Shown here: in pieces, positions 20,062 to 29,795 of the stretch
Layout: each line of letters starts with the position of its first letter
Numbering within the stretch: position 1 is the first letter of the stretch
Source of the DNA: a virus
Direction: 5' to 3' (one strand)
IMG/VR virus record: IMGVR_UViG_3300032092_003271
Coordinates: 1-64,000 of that record
Length of the DNA stretch: 64,000 nt
Notes under the pieces: generated by a model
Told to the model about the DNA's origin: nothing
Seen by the model: the letters and a program-made list of their open reading frames with translations, nothing else
Databases searched by the model: none
Position numbers and translations under genes: made by a program

Positions 20062-20080
20062 TCAATTAAAACCGAATAAG

Positions 20081-20110
20081 AAAAAGGTCAGAGAAATCTG
20101 ACCTTTTTTT
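20081..20110. terminator. bidirectional Rho-independent terminator after MCP
   Basis: AAAAAGGTCAGA-GAAA-TCTGACCTTTTTTT between convergent genes. Confidence 0.92.
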
Positions 20111-20318
20111 ATTTTATTAAAGTTCTAATTGATTTGGATATAACTTCAGATTCCCCAATTGTAAACACACCTTTTGCATGTGCTGATTTAACAGACTCAA
20201 TTAAATAATAAAGAGCGTGTTCTTTATCCATTGTACTCAATATAAGTTCCAAATGATCTTCACTTAACAAGTTAATAGATCCAAATAAATTACCATAGAT
20301 TTTGTTTTCTTCTTCCAT
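20109..20318 (-). CDS. small hypothetical protein
   Basis: 69-aa ORF ending at the terminator. Confidence 0.7.
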   Translation of the reverse strand: MEEENKIYGNLFGSINLLSEDHLELILSTMDKEHALYYLIESVKSAHAKGVFTIGESEVISKSIRTLIK

Positions 20319-20352
20319 AATTAAAAAGTGAGATATTTATAATTATAATATA

Positions 20353-21297
20353 ATGGATAGATTAAATCAAATAATTAAAAAAGTTATTAGGGAGGCCACT
20401 TCACAAAGAGGAGGTTCCTCAGGTGCGTATGTTACACCGGTACAACCAGGGTTTAGACCTTTTAGTGAAGATAGTTTAGCACCATTTAACATACCTGTTT
20501 CTAAATACGAAAACCCATTAGTCCAATATGATAGTTTAGATCATAAAATGGACTTAAGAAAAGACCAAATCGCAAAATTGGAAAAAGAAGCGAATGATAT
20601 AACTAATTTCATAAAAAAACACCCCGATTTAGCAACTGGAGATGATGATGGTGGAGTTATAAATCAATTTATGTACGATCATAAAACACCTAAAGGTGAT
20701 AGCCCGATGAAACCTTTCACAAATAAAGTAAAATTTAACGAATGGGTTGATTTATCTCATGATAATTTAATATCAGAAATAAGTACTTCAGTTACTGCGG
20801 GTATATATAATGCTCCTTTAGAAATTGGTAGTTTAGAATGGAAAAAAAATGAATTAGATCCATTTACCGAAAAAGTAACAACAGATTTTAATAAAAAATC
20901 ATTAAAAAATACTTTACAAAAAAACATTAAACGAAATGTTGGTGTTTGGGAAAAAAACAAAAATGGATCTTATAAAAGAGATATTGATTATCCTGAGACA
21001 ATTAATGAAGACTTAGCCGTTTGGTTTGGTAAAAAGAAGAAGCCTAAAGGATCTTCTCAACCAAAAGGTCCTTGGGTTAATATTTGTAGAAAAATCGATG
21101 GAAAACACCCTCCCTGTGGACGACACGACACTTCTAAAGGTTCATACCCAAAATGTCGTGCCGCAGGTGTTGCTGGCAAGATGTCAGATTCGGCTAAAAG
21201 ATCGGCTTGTCAACAAAAAAGAGCCGCTGAGAAAAAAGACACTCAAACCGGTAAAGGTCAAAAACCTATCATGACTTCTTACAAACCTAAAAAATAA
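20353..21297 (+). CDS. hypothetical protein with C-terminal basic WF/WV..C/CGR/YPKC domain
   Basis: EDLAVWFG..WVNICR..PPCGR..YPKCR; N-terminal IIKKVIRE leader; TATTTAT at 20334-20340. Confidence 0.8.
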   Translation: MDRLNQIIKKVIREATSQRGGSSGAYVTPVQPGFRPFSEDSLAPFNIPVSKYENPLVQYDSLDHKMDLRKDQIAKLEKEANDITNFIKKHPDLATGDDDGGVINQFMYDHKTPKGDSPMKPFTNKVKFNEWVDLSHDNLISEISTSVTAGIYNAPLEIGSLEWKKNELDPFTEKVTTDFNKKSLKNTLQKNIKRNVGVWEKNKNGSYKRDIDYPETINEDLAVWFGKKKKPKGSSQPKGPWVNICRKIDGKHPPCGRHDTSKGSYPKCRAAGVAGKMSDSAKRSACQQKRAAEKKDTQTGKGQKPIMTSYKPKK

Positions 21298-21711
21298 CTA
21301 TTTTTCAGATATTTTATTATAAACCTTAACTAAGGAATTTTTAATGTTTGATTTTACCTCAGCTTCGGTCATATTTCTTCTTTTTTCAGTTTCAGTATCG
21401 TATAAGTAGGTAACACGTTCAAAATCTCTTCTACTCATTTTAACGTCGTAATGAAATACGTGATTAGTAATTTCAACTCTACCAAAATCGATAAGGACAA
21501 AAAGTCCTAATTCTTCATTTATAATATACCTTTTACTGGACATAGGTGCAATCATAAAATCAGATTTTTTGTGTGATATCATTTTCACTACAATCTTGAA
21601 TGCAGTTTTTTCATAAGGTTCGATTTCTTCATGAGTTGGCATAGATTGTCTCATTCTTCTTGCCATTTTGACCTTAAATCTTTTGTAGAGTCTTTTAAAA
21701 AAGTTTTTCAT
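21298..21711 (-). CDS. hypothetical protein
   Basis: 137 aa; TATATTTG (TAnnTTTG) box on - at 21736-21743. Confidence 0.75.
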   Translation of the reverse strand: MKNFFKRLYKRFKVKMARRMRQSMPTHEEIEPYEKTAFKIVVKMISHKKSDFMIAPMSSKRYIINEELGLFVLIDFGRVEITNHVFHYDVKMSRRDFERVTYLYDTETEKRRNMTEAEVKSNIKNSLVKVYNKISEK

Positions 21712-21783
21712 AGTTAGTGTTTATGTTTCTAACTACAAATATATGAAAAAAAAAATGATTAACAAAAAGGAAGTTAAAAAAAT

Positions 21784-22251
21784 TTAACAATATGCTCCTG
21801 AGCATCTCTTTTTACCATCCAATCCAGGTTTGGTTCCTTTACATACCTGAACTGCGTATCCGTTAGCGTACGCCGAAGGGTAAACGTCAAACTTAGCTTT
21901 AGCTGCTGATTTTCCTCTTGCACAAAGCTTTGTTCCTGTTTTTTTCCTACCTTCCATCATAACCATGTCTTTATCGGACATGTTCATAGAAAGTTCCATA
22001 CCATCATGTTTTGATTCATTCATAATAAAATCAAAAACTTGATCCATGTTATTTTTTGCTTCTGAAATATGATCTTGAGCCCAATCATGACCATTATCTA
22101 AAATAGACTCAATCATATTGTGATCTAAATCTAATAATAAATCACATTGTCTTCTCATTTGTTCTAAATTTGAAAAGAACATATATCTTGAGGACTCTTT
22201 ATCGTTACTTTCTTTTAAAATTCTTCTAATAATTCTATCTAACTTATCCAT
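21784..22251 (-). CDS. hypothetical protein with AK.KF.VYPSAYA domain
   Basis: C-terminal LCARGKSAAKAKFDVYPSAYANGYAVQVC; N-terminal IIRRILKE leader. Confidence 0.8.
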   Translation of the reverse strand: MDKLDRIIRRILKESNDKESSRYMFFSNLEQMRRQCDLLLDLDHNMIESILDNGHDWAQDHISEAKNNMDQVFDFIMNESKHDGMELSMNMSDKDMVMMEGRKKTGTKLCARGKSAAKAKFDVYPSAYANGYAVQVCKGTKPGLDGKKRCSGAYC

Positions 22252-22262
22252 ATTTTTATTCT

Positions 22263-22655
22263 TTAATTATATAATCCGTTTTCACCCCCTAATTGAACTG
22301 CGTTTCCTTGAATAACATTATTTCCGTATAAACCAGTCCATGCAGGGTGGGGGACTGCGGTCACGGTTGCGGTTGCTCCCGATGAAAGCGGGTCACAGAT
22401 GACACAACTTTCATAAATTGTATTTGCTGTTACTGGTATGATTCGAAAACATGAAGAACAAGAATCAAATAAAGTTCCTAAAGTATATGGTGGTCCTGAT
22501 GGTGATCCACCAACCACTGTTGCACAATATGTAATTCCCGATAAAGAAATAATAGAATAAGTTTCACCTATACTTGGAGCGGGAATTACTCCAAAATCAT
22601 TTACCGCAACAAAAACACCTGGTTGAAAACATAATTCAAAATTTACTAATGGCAT
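22263..22655 (-). CDS. small Cys-containing putative virion protein
   Basis: 130 aa, CxxC pairs; TATTTAT on - at 22669-22675. Confidence 0.7.
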   Translation of the reverse strand: MPLVNFELCFQPGVFVAVNDFGVIPAPSIGETYSIISLSGITYCATVVGGSPSGPPYTLGTLFDSCSSCFRIIPVTANTIYESCVICDPLSSGATATVTAVPHPAWTGLYGNNVIQGNAVQLGGENGLYN

Positions 22656-22680
22656 AATATTTTATTTTATAAATATCTCT

Positions 22681-24147
22681 TTATTCTACTTTCTCATTTA
22701 CGATTTGGAAATTTATTTGTTGTTTGTAAACATTTACCTGACCAGATGTTGTAACTTTTAAATCCACAAAATATTCATTAGGAATTTTATCTCTCATATC
22801 AAATATAAAATAGTACTCATTAGGTGTCCTGTTTAAATTAGTCCAATCTTGAACTATAACTTCAGTTTGACCTTCTCTCACATAAACTCTGTATTGACCA
22901 TCAACATTTGGAAGTTGTTTATTTGTGGTATAAGCTTGTTTTATGATAACCCCAACTTTTCTAATTTCTGTGTTTAAAATCTTTTCATTCTGTTTTAACC
23001 CATAGTAAGTAAATCCGTATTGTGCAGGATCGTTTGTGTTTGTACCAATCTGTATAGATCTTTTAGTTGGGTATATTGTGAATTCATTTATTTCATTTGG
23101 TAATGAAAACCCATTTAACTTTATGTTTGACCAAGTATCGGTAAATAAACATGGAGTTTTGTATCCAATAAGTGGTGGTATTGTTATCTCGTAAACACCT
23201 TTGGTTCTTTGGCAAGATGGTAAATTAATCAAACCTGTAACAGGAGTGCCTGAAGAATCAGAAATTGTAACTAAAGGTGGGATATCTAAATTTTTAAAGT
23301 CACCGTCCTCATAAACATATAAATAAAGTTTGTTTATAGTTCCTAATGTAAAGTTATTTCGGTCATCTTCGATTAAATCGTCATATGTTGTTTGTAGATA
23401 TGGTTCATAAAATGTTTGTGTGTGTCTTGTAAAGAACCCAACAGAATACGATCCTACAGTACCTATTAAATTTTCTACCTCAGGTAGGTAAGCTATACCC
23501 CAACCTGAAGGGTTAACAATTCCGCCAAACAACAAATCATTAATTTCATCAGTCATATCAAATTCAATATCCTCATTACCAAATTCAAAATGTTGTATAT
23601 CTACTATTGTTAATCCTGAAAAGGGCATTGGGCCTAAATTCATGTTATTGTAGATACCTGCTTGTTCCCAAGTATCTATGGTTGTAGTTTGATACCAGTT
23701 TGATGGTCTATTAGAATAAGCTCTGTTAGGACCTAATCCATCAGGAATATCATAAAAATCATAACCAACACCTTCATCCCAATATTGTGGTTGGTCAGGG
23801 TCTAAATCTTTTGGTGGTATTCTAAATAAAATTAAATCAAATGATGTTGCTCTAAGACTACCATCAGGCATAGATGTATTTAATAAATCTTCACTAAATG
23901 AAGATGTATTGGTCATTTTGAGTATATGTCTAGTATTATCAGTACACCCTGTCGAAATAACTCCTGTTGCCAATTTTTCTCTTAGAAGTGTTAAATCTAA
24001 GTCAAATATAAAACGAGAATATCCTATAGGATTTACTAAACCACCATCTCCGTAATATAATTGCATAACAGGATTTCTTCCTGTGTTTACGTAACTGTTA
24101 AAAACTATGGTGTTGTTTCTACTGAAATAAGAATTATTAATTGACAT
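22681..24147 (-). CDS. putative virion structural protein (beta-rich)
   Basis: 488 aa next to the spike gene; TATTTAT on - at 24161-24167. Confidence 0.7.
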   Translation of the reverse strand: MSINNSYFSRNNTIVFNSYVNTGRNPVMQLYYGDGGLVNPIGYSRFIFDLDLTLLREKLATGVISTGCTDNTRHILKMTNTSSFSEDLLNTSMPDGSLRATSFDLILFRIPPKDLDPDQPQYWDEGVGYDFYDIPDGLGPNRAYSNRPSNWYQTTTIDTWEQAGIYNNMNLGPMPFSGLTIVDIQHFEFGNEDIEFDMTDEINDLLFGGIVNPSGWGIAYLPEVENLIGTVGSYSVGFFTRHTQTFYEPYLQTTYDDLIEDDRNNFTLGTINKLYLYVYEDGDFKNLDIPPLVTISDSSGTPVTGLINLPSCQRTKGVYEITIPPLIGYKTPCLFTDTWSNIKLNGFSLPNEINEFTIYPTKRSIQIGTNTNDPAQYGFTYYGLKQNEKILNTEIRKVGVIIKQAYTTNKQLPNVDGQYRVYVREGQTEVIVQDWTNLNRTPNEYYFIFDMRDKIPNEYFVDLKVTTSGQVNVYKQQINFQIVNEKVE

Positions 24148-24167
24148 TTATCTTTTATTTATAAATA

Positions 24168-25718
24168 TCAATTAATTCGAATATTTTGATTTAATATTGA
24201 ATTGTCAGCGTCTTGTAAAATTTTATAGATTTCTTCTAATTTAGTCCCATCAACTCCGATTGGAATTGGAGCTTCATTTATGTTGTGTACGTGTGCACCT
24301 AAAAAGTCTACTATTAATTTTAAAAGTTTCATTAACTCATTCCCTCTAACCATAGGATCGGTATTTTGTAGAATATTCTCAGTAAAATATGGTTGTGGAA
24401 TACCGTATAAAGTTTCTTTAGGTTCCAACATAATTTTTCTTTTTGAAGGTATGTCAGATTTGTGAGATAATAAATATAAAAAGTCCGCAGCTACTGTACC
24501 ATATGAAACGGGATTAGGGTTATATGTATTTTGTCTTAATGTTTCCGTTTCTGGTGTTAATTGTTGACCAATCACATTTTTAGACCAAACTAAAACACTA
24601 CCAAATTGTCTATCAGATGGTAATAATTTAACTTTAGTGAAGAAGTTATTAACCATATTAAAATCTGTAGATGCTGTTGAACTTAACTTATCAATGTTAT
24701 TTTTTGTTGGTCTGAAATAAAAAGGAAACTGATTTGATATTTTTAAATCGTTATCAAAAGGAAATTGTTCATATCCTTGAATATTAATCTTTCCTTCATT
24801 TAATCCGTTTATAAATTGATTTATGATTTTTACCCCCTCATCCAAAGTTTTTCCTGTAAATACTAAAGTATATTCAGGACCACTTTTATATTGGTCTAAT
24901 GGGGTGTCCATGTATATTTCAGTAGTTTTGGTTTTGTCTTTAGGTAATAAAGAATATAAACTTATGTTACCATTATAAAACGTAGAACCTGTAACGCCAC
25001 CACCTACGGTATTTCCGGTAATGGTAACTTGATTGGTAACTTCCCATTCAATTAATTTCTTAACTAATTGAGGTTTATTTTTTAGTATGGTTTTTTTAAT
25101 TGGATCTTTTTCAACCCTTTCTAAATCAAAATTTGATATTTGTAAAAATCCTCGATTTAGTCTTGGTGTTGGTAAATTAAATCCTGCGGTTTGGGTTGGT
25201 ATGTTTTTACCTGCTCTTACTAAAACCTCATCTTGTTTTACAATAACATCTGCGGTTCCTCTACCTAATAACGCATTATCGCCAGGTTCAGGATAAATAC
25301 CTTTTGCCTGACCCTTAATTTCAAAACTTATAGGATCTTTAATATTGTTAGCCTGTTTCAAAAATACACCACTAGCCAACATTGATTCAGAATTATGCCA
25401 GTTTTCGTAAAAATTGTTCTGAGGTCTTGTTATAGGACCCTGAATGTAGAATTTAGTGTTATCCACAACATAATCTTTATTATAGTAAAAAATGTGGATG
25501 TACTCATCAATTTTAGGTACTTGACTTACATAATAAGGTAACAAAGGTAAATAAATCAGAGGATCTCTTTCAGTCCAAATATCCTTCTCAGGGTTCCAAT
25601 TAGTCGGTAATACATCAGCCTCAACTTGATCTATTGGCAACGCTCTAATTCTTCCTAACATTAAAGGATCTTGGTTATTAATTACATAACCTTGAAATAT
25701 TAGTTTTTGTTCATTCAT
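24168..25718 (-). CDS. baseplate central spike/hub (gp5/gpV-like)
   Basis: N-terminal OB-fold signature V.NNQDP..LGRIR..PLLP...VPKIDE.I and C-terminal VRGNEL...AHVH (HxH tip motif). Confidence 0.7.
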   Translation of the reverse strand: MNEQKLIFQGYVINNQDPLMLGRIRALPIDQVEADVLPTNWNPEKDIWTERDPLIYLPLLPYYVSQVPKIDEYIHIFYYNKDYVVDNTKFYIQGPITRPQNNFYENWHNSESMLASGVFLKQANNIKDPISFEIKGQAKGIYPEPGDNALLGRGTADVIVKQDEVLVRAGKNIPTQTAGFNLPTPRLNRGFLQISNFDLERVEKDPIKKTILKNKPQLVKKLIEWEVTNQVTITGNTVGGGVTGSTFYNGNISLYSLLPKDKTKTTEIYMDTPLDQYKSGPEYTLVFTGKTLDEGVKIINQFINGLNEGKINIQGYEQFPFDNDLKISNQFPFYFRPTKNNIDKLSSTASTDFNMVNNFFTKVKLLPSDRQFGSVLVWSKNVIGQQLTPETETLRQNTYNPNPVSYGTVAADFLYLLSHKSDIPSKRKIMLEPKETLYGIPQPYFTENILQNTDPMVRGNELMKLLKLIVDFLGAHVHNINEAPIPIGVDGTKLEEIYKILQDADNSILNQNIRIN

Positions 25719-25951
25719 TAAATTTTAGTTCTTTCAGTATATTCTTTATGTAATACATTATAGGTATTTTCTAAAGCATCTAAATGGTGTGTAAGTTTGA
25801 TTATAGAATCTTTTGTTACTTTGTGGTCTTCATTGATAAATTCCATTGCGATTTGAAGATCTCTGTTAGATCTTTCTTTATGTTCTTTTATTATCAATAG
25901 AACTTCGTTAGCTTTGATTCTTTTTTCGTCAATCTTAAATGAACTTTCCAT
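25718..25951 (-). CDS. small coiled-coil hypothetical protein
   Basis: 77 aa, overlapping both neighbours. Confidence 0.7.
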   Translation of the reverse strand: MESSFKIDEKRIKANEVLLIIKEHKERSNRDLQIAMEFINEDHKVTKDSIIKLTHHLDALENTYNVLHKEYTERTKI

Positions 25952-27854
25952 ATGCGTCTTTTGGGATTGTTACACCAGCCGGTGTTATAGTTAATGGACC
26001 AATACCGATAGCGACTTTTCCATTCTCCTCAACCTCTTGTGCGTTACCATCAATCATCGCTTTAATTGATGCTAAAAATTTATTTGGACTCCCGTCAGGC
26101 ATCGGACCTGTTGGGACACCTATTTCTTGTAGATTTTGTACGGTATTTAAAAACGATCTTGTTGGTGAATACCCATCTAATAATTTCGCAGATAACAAGA
26201 GGGGTAATGGTAAATCTCCTCCTTTTTCTGCCAAAGCACTTAATCTCTTTTTGACACCAATATTAAGTAATTGTAGAAGTTCATCTAAAACACTTTTACA
26301 ATCCCTAAAATCTTTAGTAATTACTGCTAATCCTGGTATAATCGCTACAATCGCTAAAACCATCCTGTAACGTTTTTTTGTCTTTTCGTCATTAATATCT
26401 TGAAGTAATAATTTAACTAAAGCTTTAACTTCTTTCTTTAATTCATTAAAAACTTCTTTTGTGAAAATTGCAACAACTTTAGTCATGAACTCATTAAAAA
26501 ATGTTCTAAACTTTTTTTGAAAATCCTCAATGTTTGAAACTTGTTTATAAAATGGTTGATTATACATTGCTGCCAACGTCATAATTGGCAAAACATTCTT
26601 TGGTGATAAAACAGTGTTGATTAAAGCTTTTAAAAATTGCTCAAAAAAACCCGCATCTAACGATAACTTAAATCCGTCATCTAATGTTGGGTAAATTATC
26701 CCTGATGCTGCCTCAATCTCATTTAAATCTGAAGTATCTTCATTAAATTCTAAATTATCTAAAGCCGTAAGGGTTGCCTCTAAATTTAAAGGAACTTTGA
26801 TGTTATCACATTCCTCAAATTCTACAACGCCCAATTTTATGTCTGAAATACTTTGTTCTATAATTCTTAAATCGATGTCATTAAATTCATAAAACGATTC
26901 ATCAACATTATCAACTTCAGATACTTTAGATGATGCACCCACATTAATTTCTTTATTGGAGTCAGAACAAAGACCAAGTATTCTTTGCATGATCAGTAAA
27001 ACTTTTTGGATCGTTTGTATTTTTAAAAATCCATCACCTCTACCAAATGAAATTACACCTGTAACATAATCAGTAAGATTTGTGAAAAATTGTTTATAAT
27101 CTAAAATGTCAATTGATTCATAATAATCAGCTAAGAAAATATCAACAGCAGGAAGACCTACTCTTGTACTTATGTCAACTTTGAAGGTTGGTTCATTTAC
27201 GGTTAAAAATGTTATTGGATCTACATAGGTTTCAATATAGGTAACATTAAATAAATTTTGATTAGATTTACCTTTGTACGGTGAACCTGCAACTGCCTGA
27301 TATGGTTGATTTAAATTTTGAGTTCTTTGATAAAGTTCTCTATTCATTGAGAATGGAAAATCGTTATACTGAATAGGTTTTTTTTCGTAGAAAAATTTAC
27401 CAATTTTATCGTCAGGACCTAATTCAAAAGTCCCAAACAAATCAACAGATTTTACAGGTACATAATACGTTGATGGTATTGTAGTCATCGTATTACTACA
27501 ACCCAAAGCCTTAATAGCTTCCTCAATTAAAATTGTTTTAAGTTCAGGTTTAATCTTTTTTAAAGAATTTAGAAATATTCTTTTGATTAATTTATCGGTC
27601 TCAACACCCGAACCTTTAGTTTGTTTTAATTGTTGGATTAACTCATCTAAAAAACTTTTAGCATTTGCGGTATGTTTTTTTCTCCACTTCTTATAATCAG
27701 TAAGTGGTTGAGATAGAAATTTATTTGCGGTTTCTTGAGAACTACCTGCCTTCTTTTTTAAACTTTCGTAACTTTTTTTGTATTCTTTATAAGTTTTATA
27801 AACACCTGTTTTGTTACTCGCTTTTTTTAATTCTTCATTAATATCAACAGCCAT
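25935..27854 (-). CDS. hypothetical protein, probably baseplate/tail-associated
   Basis: 639 aa co-oriented and coupled with the spike gene. Confidence 0.7.
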   Translation of the reverse strand: MAVDINEELKKASNKTGVYKTYKEYKKSYESLKKKAGSSQETANKFLSQPLTDYKKWRKKHTANAKSFLDELIQQLKQTKGSGVETDKLIKRIFLNSLKKIKPELKTILIEEAIKALGCSNTMTTIPSTYYVPVKSVDLFGTFELGPDDKIGKFFYEKKPIQYNDFPFSMNRELYQRTQNLNQPYQAVAGSPYKGKSNQNLFNVTYIETYVDPITFLTVNEPTFKVDISTRVGLPAVDIFLADYYESIDILDYKQFFTNLTDYVTGVISFGRGDGFLKIQTIQKVLLIMQRILGLCSDSNKEINVGASSKVSEVDNVDESFYEFNDIDLRIIEQSISDIKLGVVEFEECDNIKVPLNLEATLTALDNLEFNEDTSDLNEIEAASGIIYPTLDDGFKLSLDAGFFEQFLKALINTVLSPKNVLPIMTLAAMYNQPFYKQVSNIEDFQKKFRTFFNEFMTKVVAIFTKEVFNELKKEVKALVKLLLQDINDEKTKKRYRMVLAIVAIIPGLAVITKDFRDCKSVLDELLQLLNIGVKKRLSALAEKGGDLPLPLLLSAKLLDGYSPTRSFLNTVQNLQEIGVPTGPMPDGSPNKFLASIKAMIDGNAQEVEENGKVAIGIGPLTITPAGVTIPKDAYGKFI

Positions 27855-27860
27855 ATAAAA

Positions 27861-28232
27861 TTATTTTTTCATTTTATAGGTTCCATCATTTTTGATGTCT
27901 TTTTGAAGTAGACTTTGAATTGCAACGTCATCCATGTCTAAATCAGAAAGAGTGAAATCCTGTTCTTTATCCGTTGATTTTTGCCACATTGTTGATTGTA
28001 GTTTTGAAAGTGTTAATTTCTTTTCTACACAATCATTAATTATTTTTTGTTGTTTCTCAATTACAGGACCAATAAGAGTCATATCCTCAGGTTCCTTCAT
28101 CATTGTCAACATTTTGTTTTGGATTCTAATTGCGGTGTTTCTTTGTTCTACTAATTCATTGTAGATTTCTTGCATCAAAGATAACATTGACTCTTTCGAT
28201 AAATTTATTTCTTTTTTTGGTGGTCTTGGCAT
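27861..28232 (-). CDS. hypothetical coiled-coil protein
   Basis: Start moved to ATG 28232 (MPRPPKK); variant element TATTTAC on - at 28237-28243, 4 nt upstream. Confidence 0.75.
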   Translation of the reverse strand: MPRPPKKEINLSKESMLSLMQEIYNELVEQRNTAIRIQNKMLTMMKEPEDMTLIGPVIEKQQKIINDCVEKKLTLSKLQSTMWQKSTDKEQDFTLSDLDMDDVAIQSLLQKDIKNDGTYKMKK

Positions 28233-28243
28233 ACTAGTAAATA

Positions 28244-28987
28244 TCAATCTTTCAGTAATTCTTGAACTAAATCAAAATATAACTTTTTATATTTTTTAAT
28301 AGAATTTCTTATTTCTTTGGTGGATAAATTAGTCATTTCTCTCAATTCAAAAAGGATAAGATTCTTATTAAACTTGTTGTTACTCGATTCGTGAAAAATT
28401 TGGTTATAATTTTCAAATAAGTCATAAATCGCAGAACCTAATTTATGTTCTTGATCATTAGTCTCATTATTATCTAAATTATTTTTCAGTCTCTCAAGAA
28501 ACTTTTTTATAATTGTTTCAGAACTTAATTCGTCATTATCAATAAAATATGACATTTCAGGTCTATTGGAAAGATCAGATGAAATATCTTCGTATGATAT
28601 TTTTCTATTCATTTCTTTCTGATCTTTCATTATTTGACCCATCAAATAATTTTTACAGATCGTCCCAAAGTATGAGTATGCTTTCTTCTCTTTAGAAGGT
28701 TTAAACTTCTCAATCTTCGTCATAAGAAAAGAATGTGTGTCTACGTGTATTTCTTCGTAGTTCATATCCTTCCTGTACAATTTATATCTTCTAATGATTG
28801 AAGATATCATTTTATCTAAAGGGTCTCTCAAAAATTCGTTATATATTTTGTTTCTCTCCTCATAAGTTTCGGCGATTAAAAACATTCTAACCGCCGTCTC
28901 TTCCCGTTCATCAAAATAATTATTAACTTTTGGTTTTCTTCCTTTCTTTTTCTTTTCAGTTAAAACTTCAGTTTCATTGTTTACCAT
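28244..28987 (-). CDS. RNA polymerase sigma factor, T4 gp55-like (late transcription)
   Basis: NNYF, RNKIYNEFL, region-2-like KIEKFKPSKEKKAYSYFGTICKNYL; TGATG coupling with the upstream GT2. Confidence 0.7.
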   Translation of the reverse strand: MVNNETEVLTEKKKKGRKPKVNNYFDEREETAVRMFLIAETYEERNKIYNEFLRDPLDKMISSIIRRYKLYRKDMNYEEIHVDTHSFLMTKIEKFKPSKEKKAYSYFGTICKNYLMGQIMKDQKEMNRKISYEDISSDLSNRPEMSYFIDNDELSSETIIKKFLERLKNNLDNNETNDQEHKLGSAIYDLFENYNQIFHESSNNKFNKNLILFELREMTNLSTKEIRNSIKKYKKLYFDLVQELLKD

Positions 28988-29793
28988 CAAATATTTTGTG
29001 GTTCATAATTTATATCTCTTTCGTTTTTGAAAAAATATTCTTTTTTGGCTGACTCAATCCAAAATCTTGCTTCGTCTTGATCTAATCTGTCATCACCATT
29101 TTTGTAATTCCAAAATATAGATCCTTCTCTTAAATTCATGTGTTTATAACCAATACGAGGTATTGTCATAATTTTTACTGAATTGTGGGTAAGTCTTAAA
29201 AATAATTCATATCCGAAAGTAAGTTTAATGTTAGACTTAATACCACCAACTTCTTGATATTTTTCTTTTTTGAAAACCATACCAGATGTTTGGAAATTTT
29301 GATATGTTTGTAATGTTTCGTTTGTCAAAATTCCCATATCTGTTGATACGTTTGCTGCGAAAGTTGCTTCATTAGTGAACCCTGCGAAAACTAATTTATC
29401 ATCAACGTCAACAACGATTGGTAAGAAAGCGTCTACATCTTTATAAATATCCATATATTTAGTTGCATTTTTAAACCAAATATTTGAATACTCGTCATCA
29501 AATTCTGCAATTGAGCACCATTCAGATTTTGCCAACTCAACACCTCTGTTTACTTGTTTAGCAAAATTAGGTTCTTCATCCCAAACCTCATTAACAACTG
29601 TCAATCCACTAAACTCATAATTGTTTAAGAAGTTAGTTAAATAATCTTCAGAACCATGAACAATAATTAGTTCATTTAAATAGTCACCTTGATTTCTGAT
29701 TGATTGGATACACTTATCAAAGAACTCTTTGAATTCTATCGCTTTACCTGATTTAATAGGTAAAATAACTGATATTTTATTTTCGATACTCAT
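28987..29793 (-). CDS. glycosyltransferase family 2
   Basis: ISVILPI, NRGVELAKSEW, EFDDEY (DxD-like), YELFLRL. Confidence 0.8.
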   Translation of the reverse strand: MSIENKISVILPIKSGKAIEFKEFFDKCIQSIRNQGDYLNELIIVHGSEDYLTNFLNNYEFSGLTVVNEVWDEEPNFAKQVNRGVELAKSEWCSIAEFDDEYSNIWFKNATKYMDIYKDVDAFLPIVVDVDDKLVFAGFTNEATFAANVSTDMGILTNETLQTYQNFQTSGMVFKKEKYQEVGGIKSNIKLTFGYELFLRLTHNSVKIMTIPRIGYKHMNLREGSIFWNYKNGDDRLDQDEARFWIESAKKEYFFKNERDINYEPQNI

Positions 29794-29795
29794 AA

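Noticed and set aside
20334-20341. T4-type TATAAATA promoter on the opposite strand as the explanation of the motif
   Set aside because: At most sites no gene starts on that strand; orientation tracks TATTTAT on the coding strand
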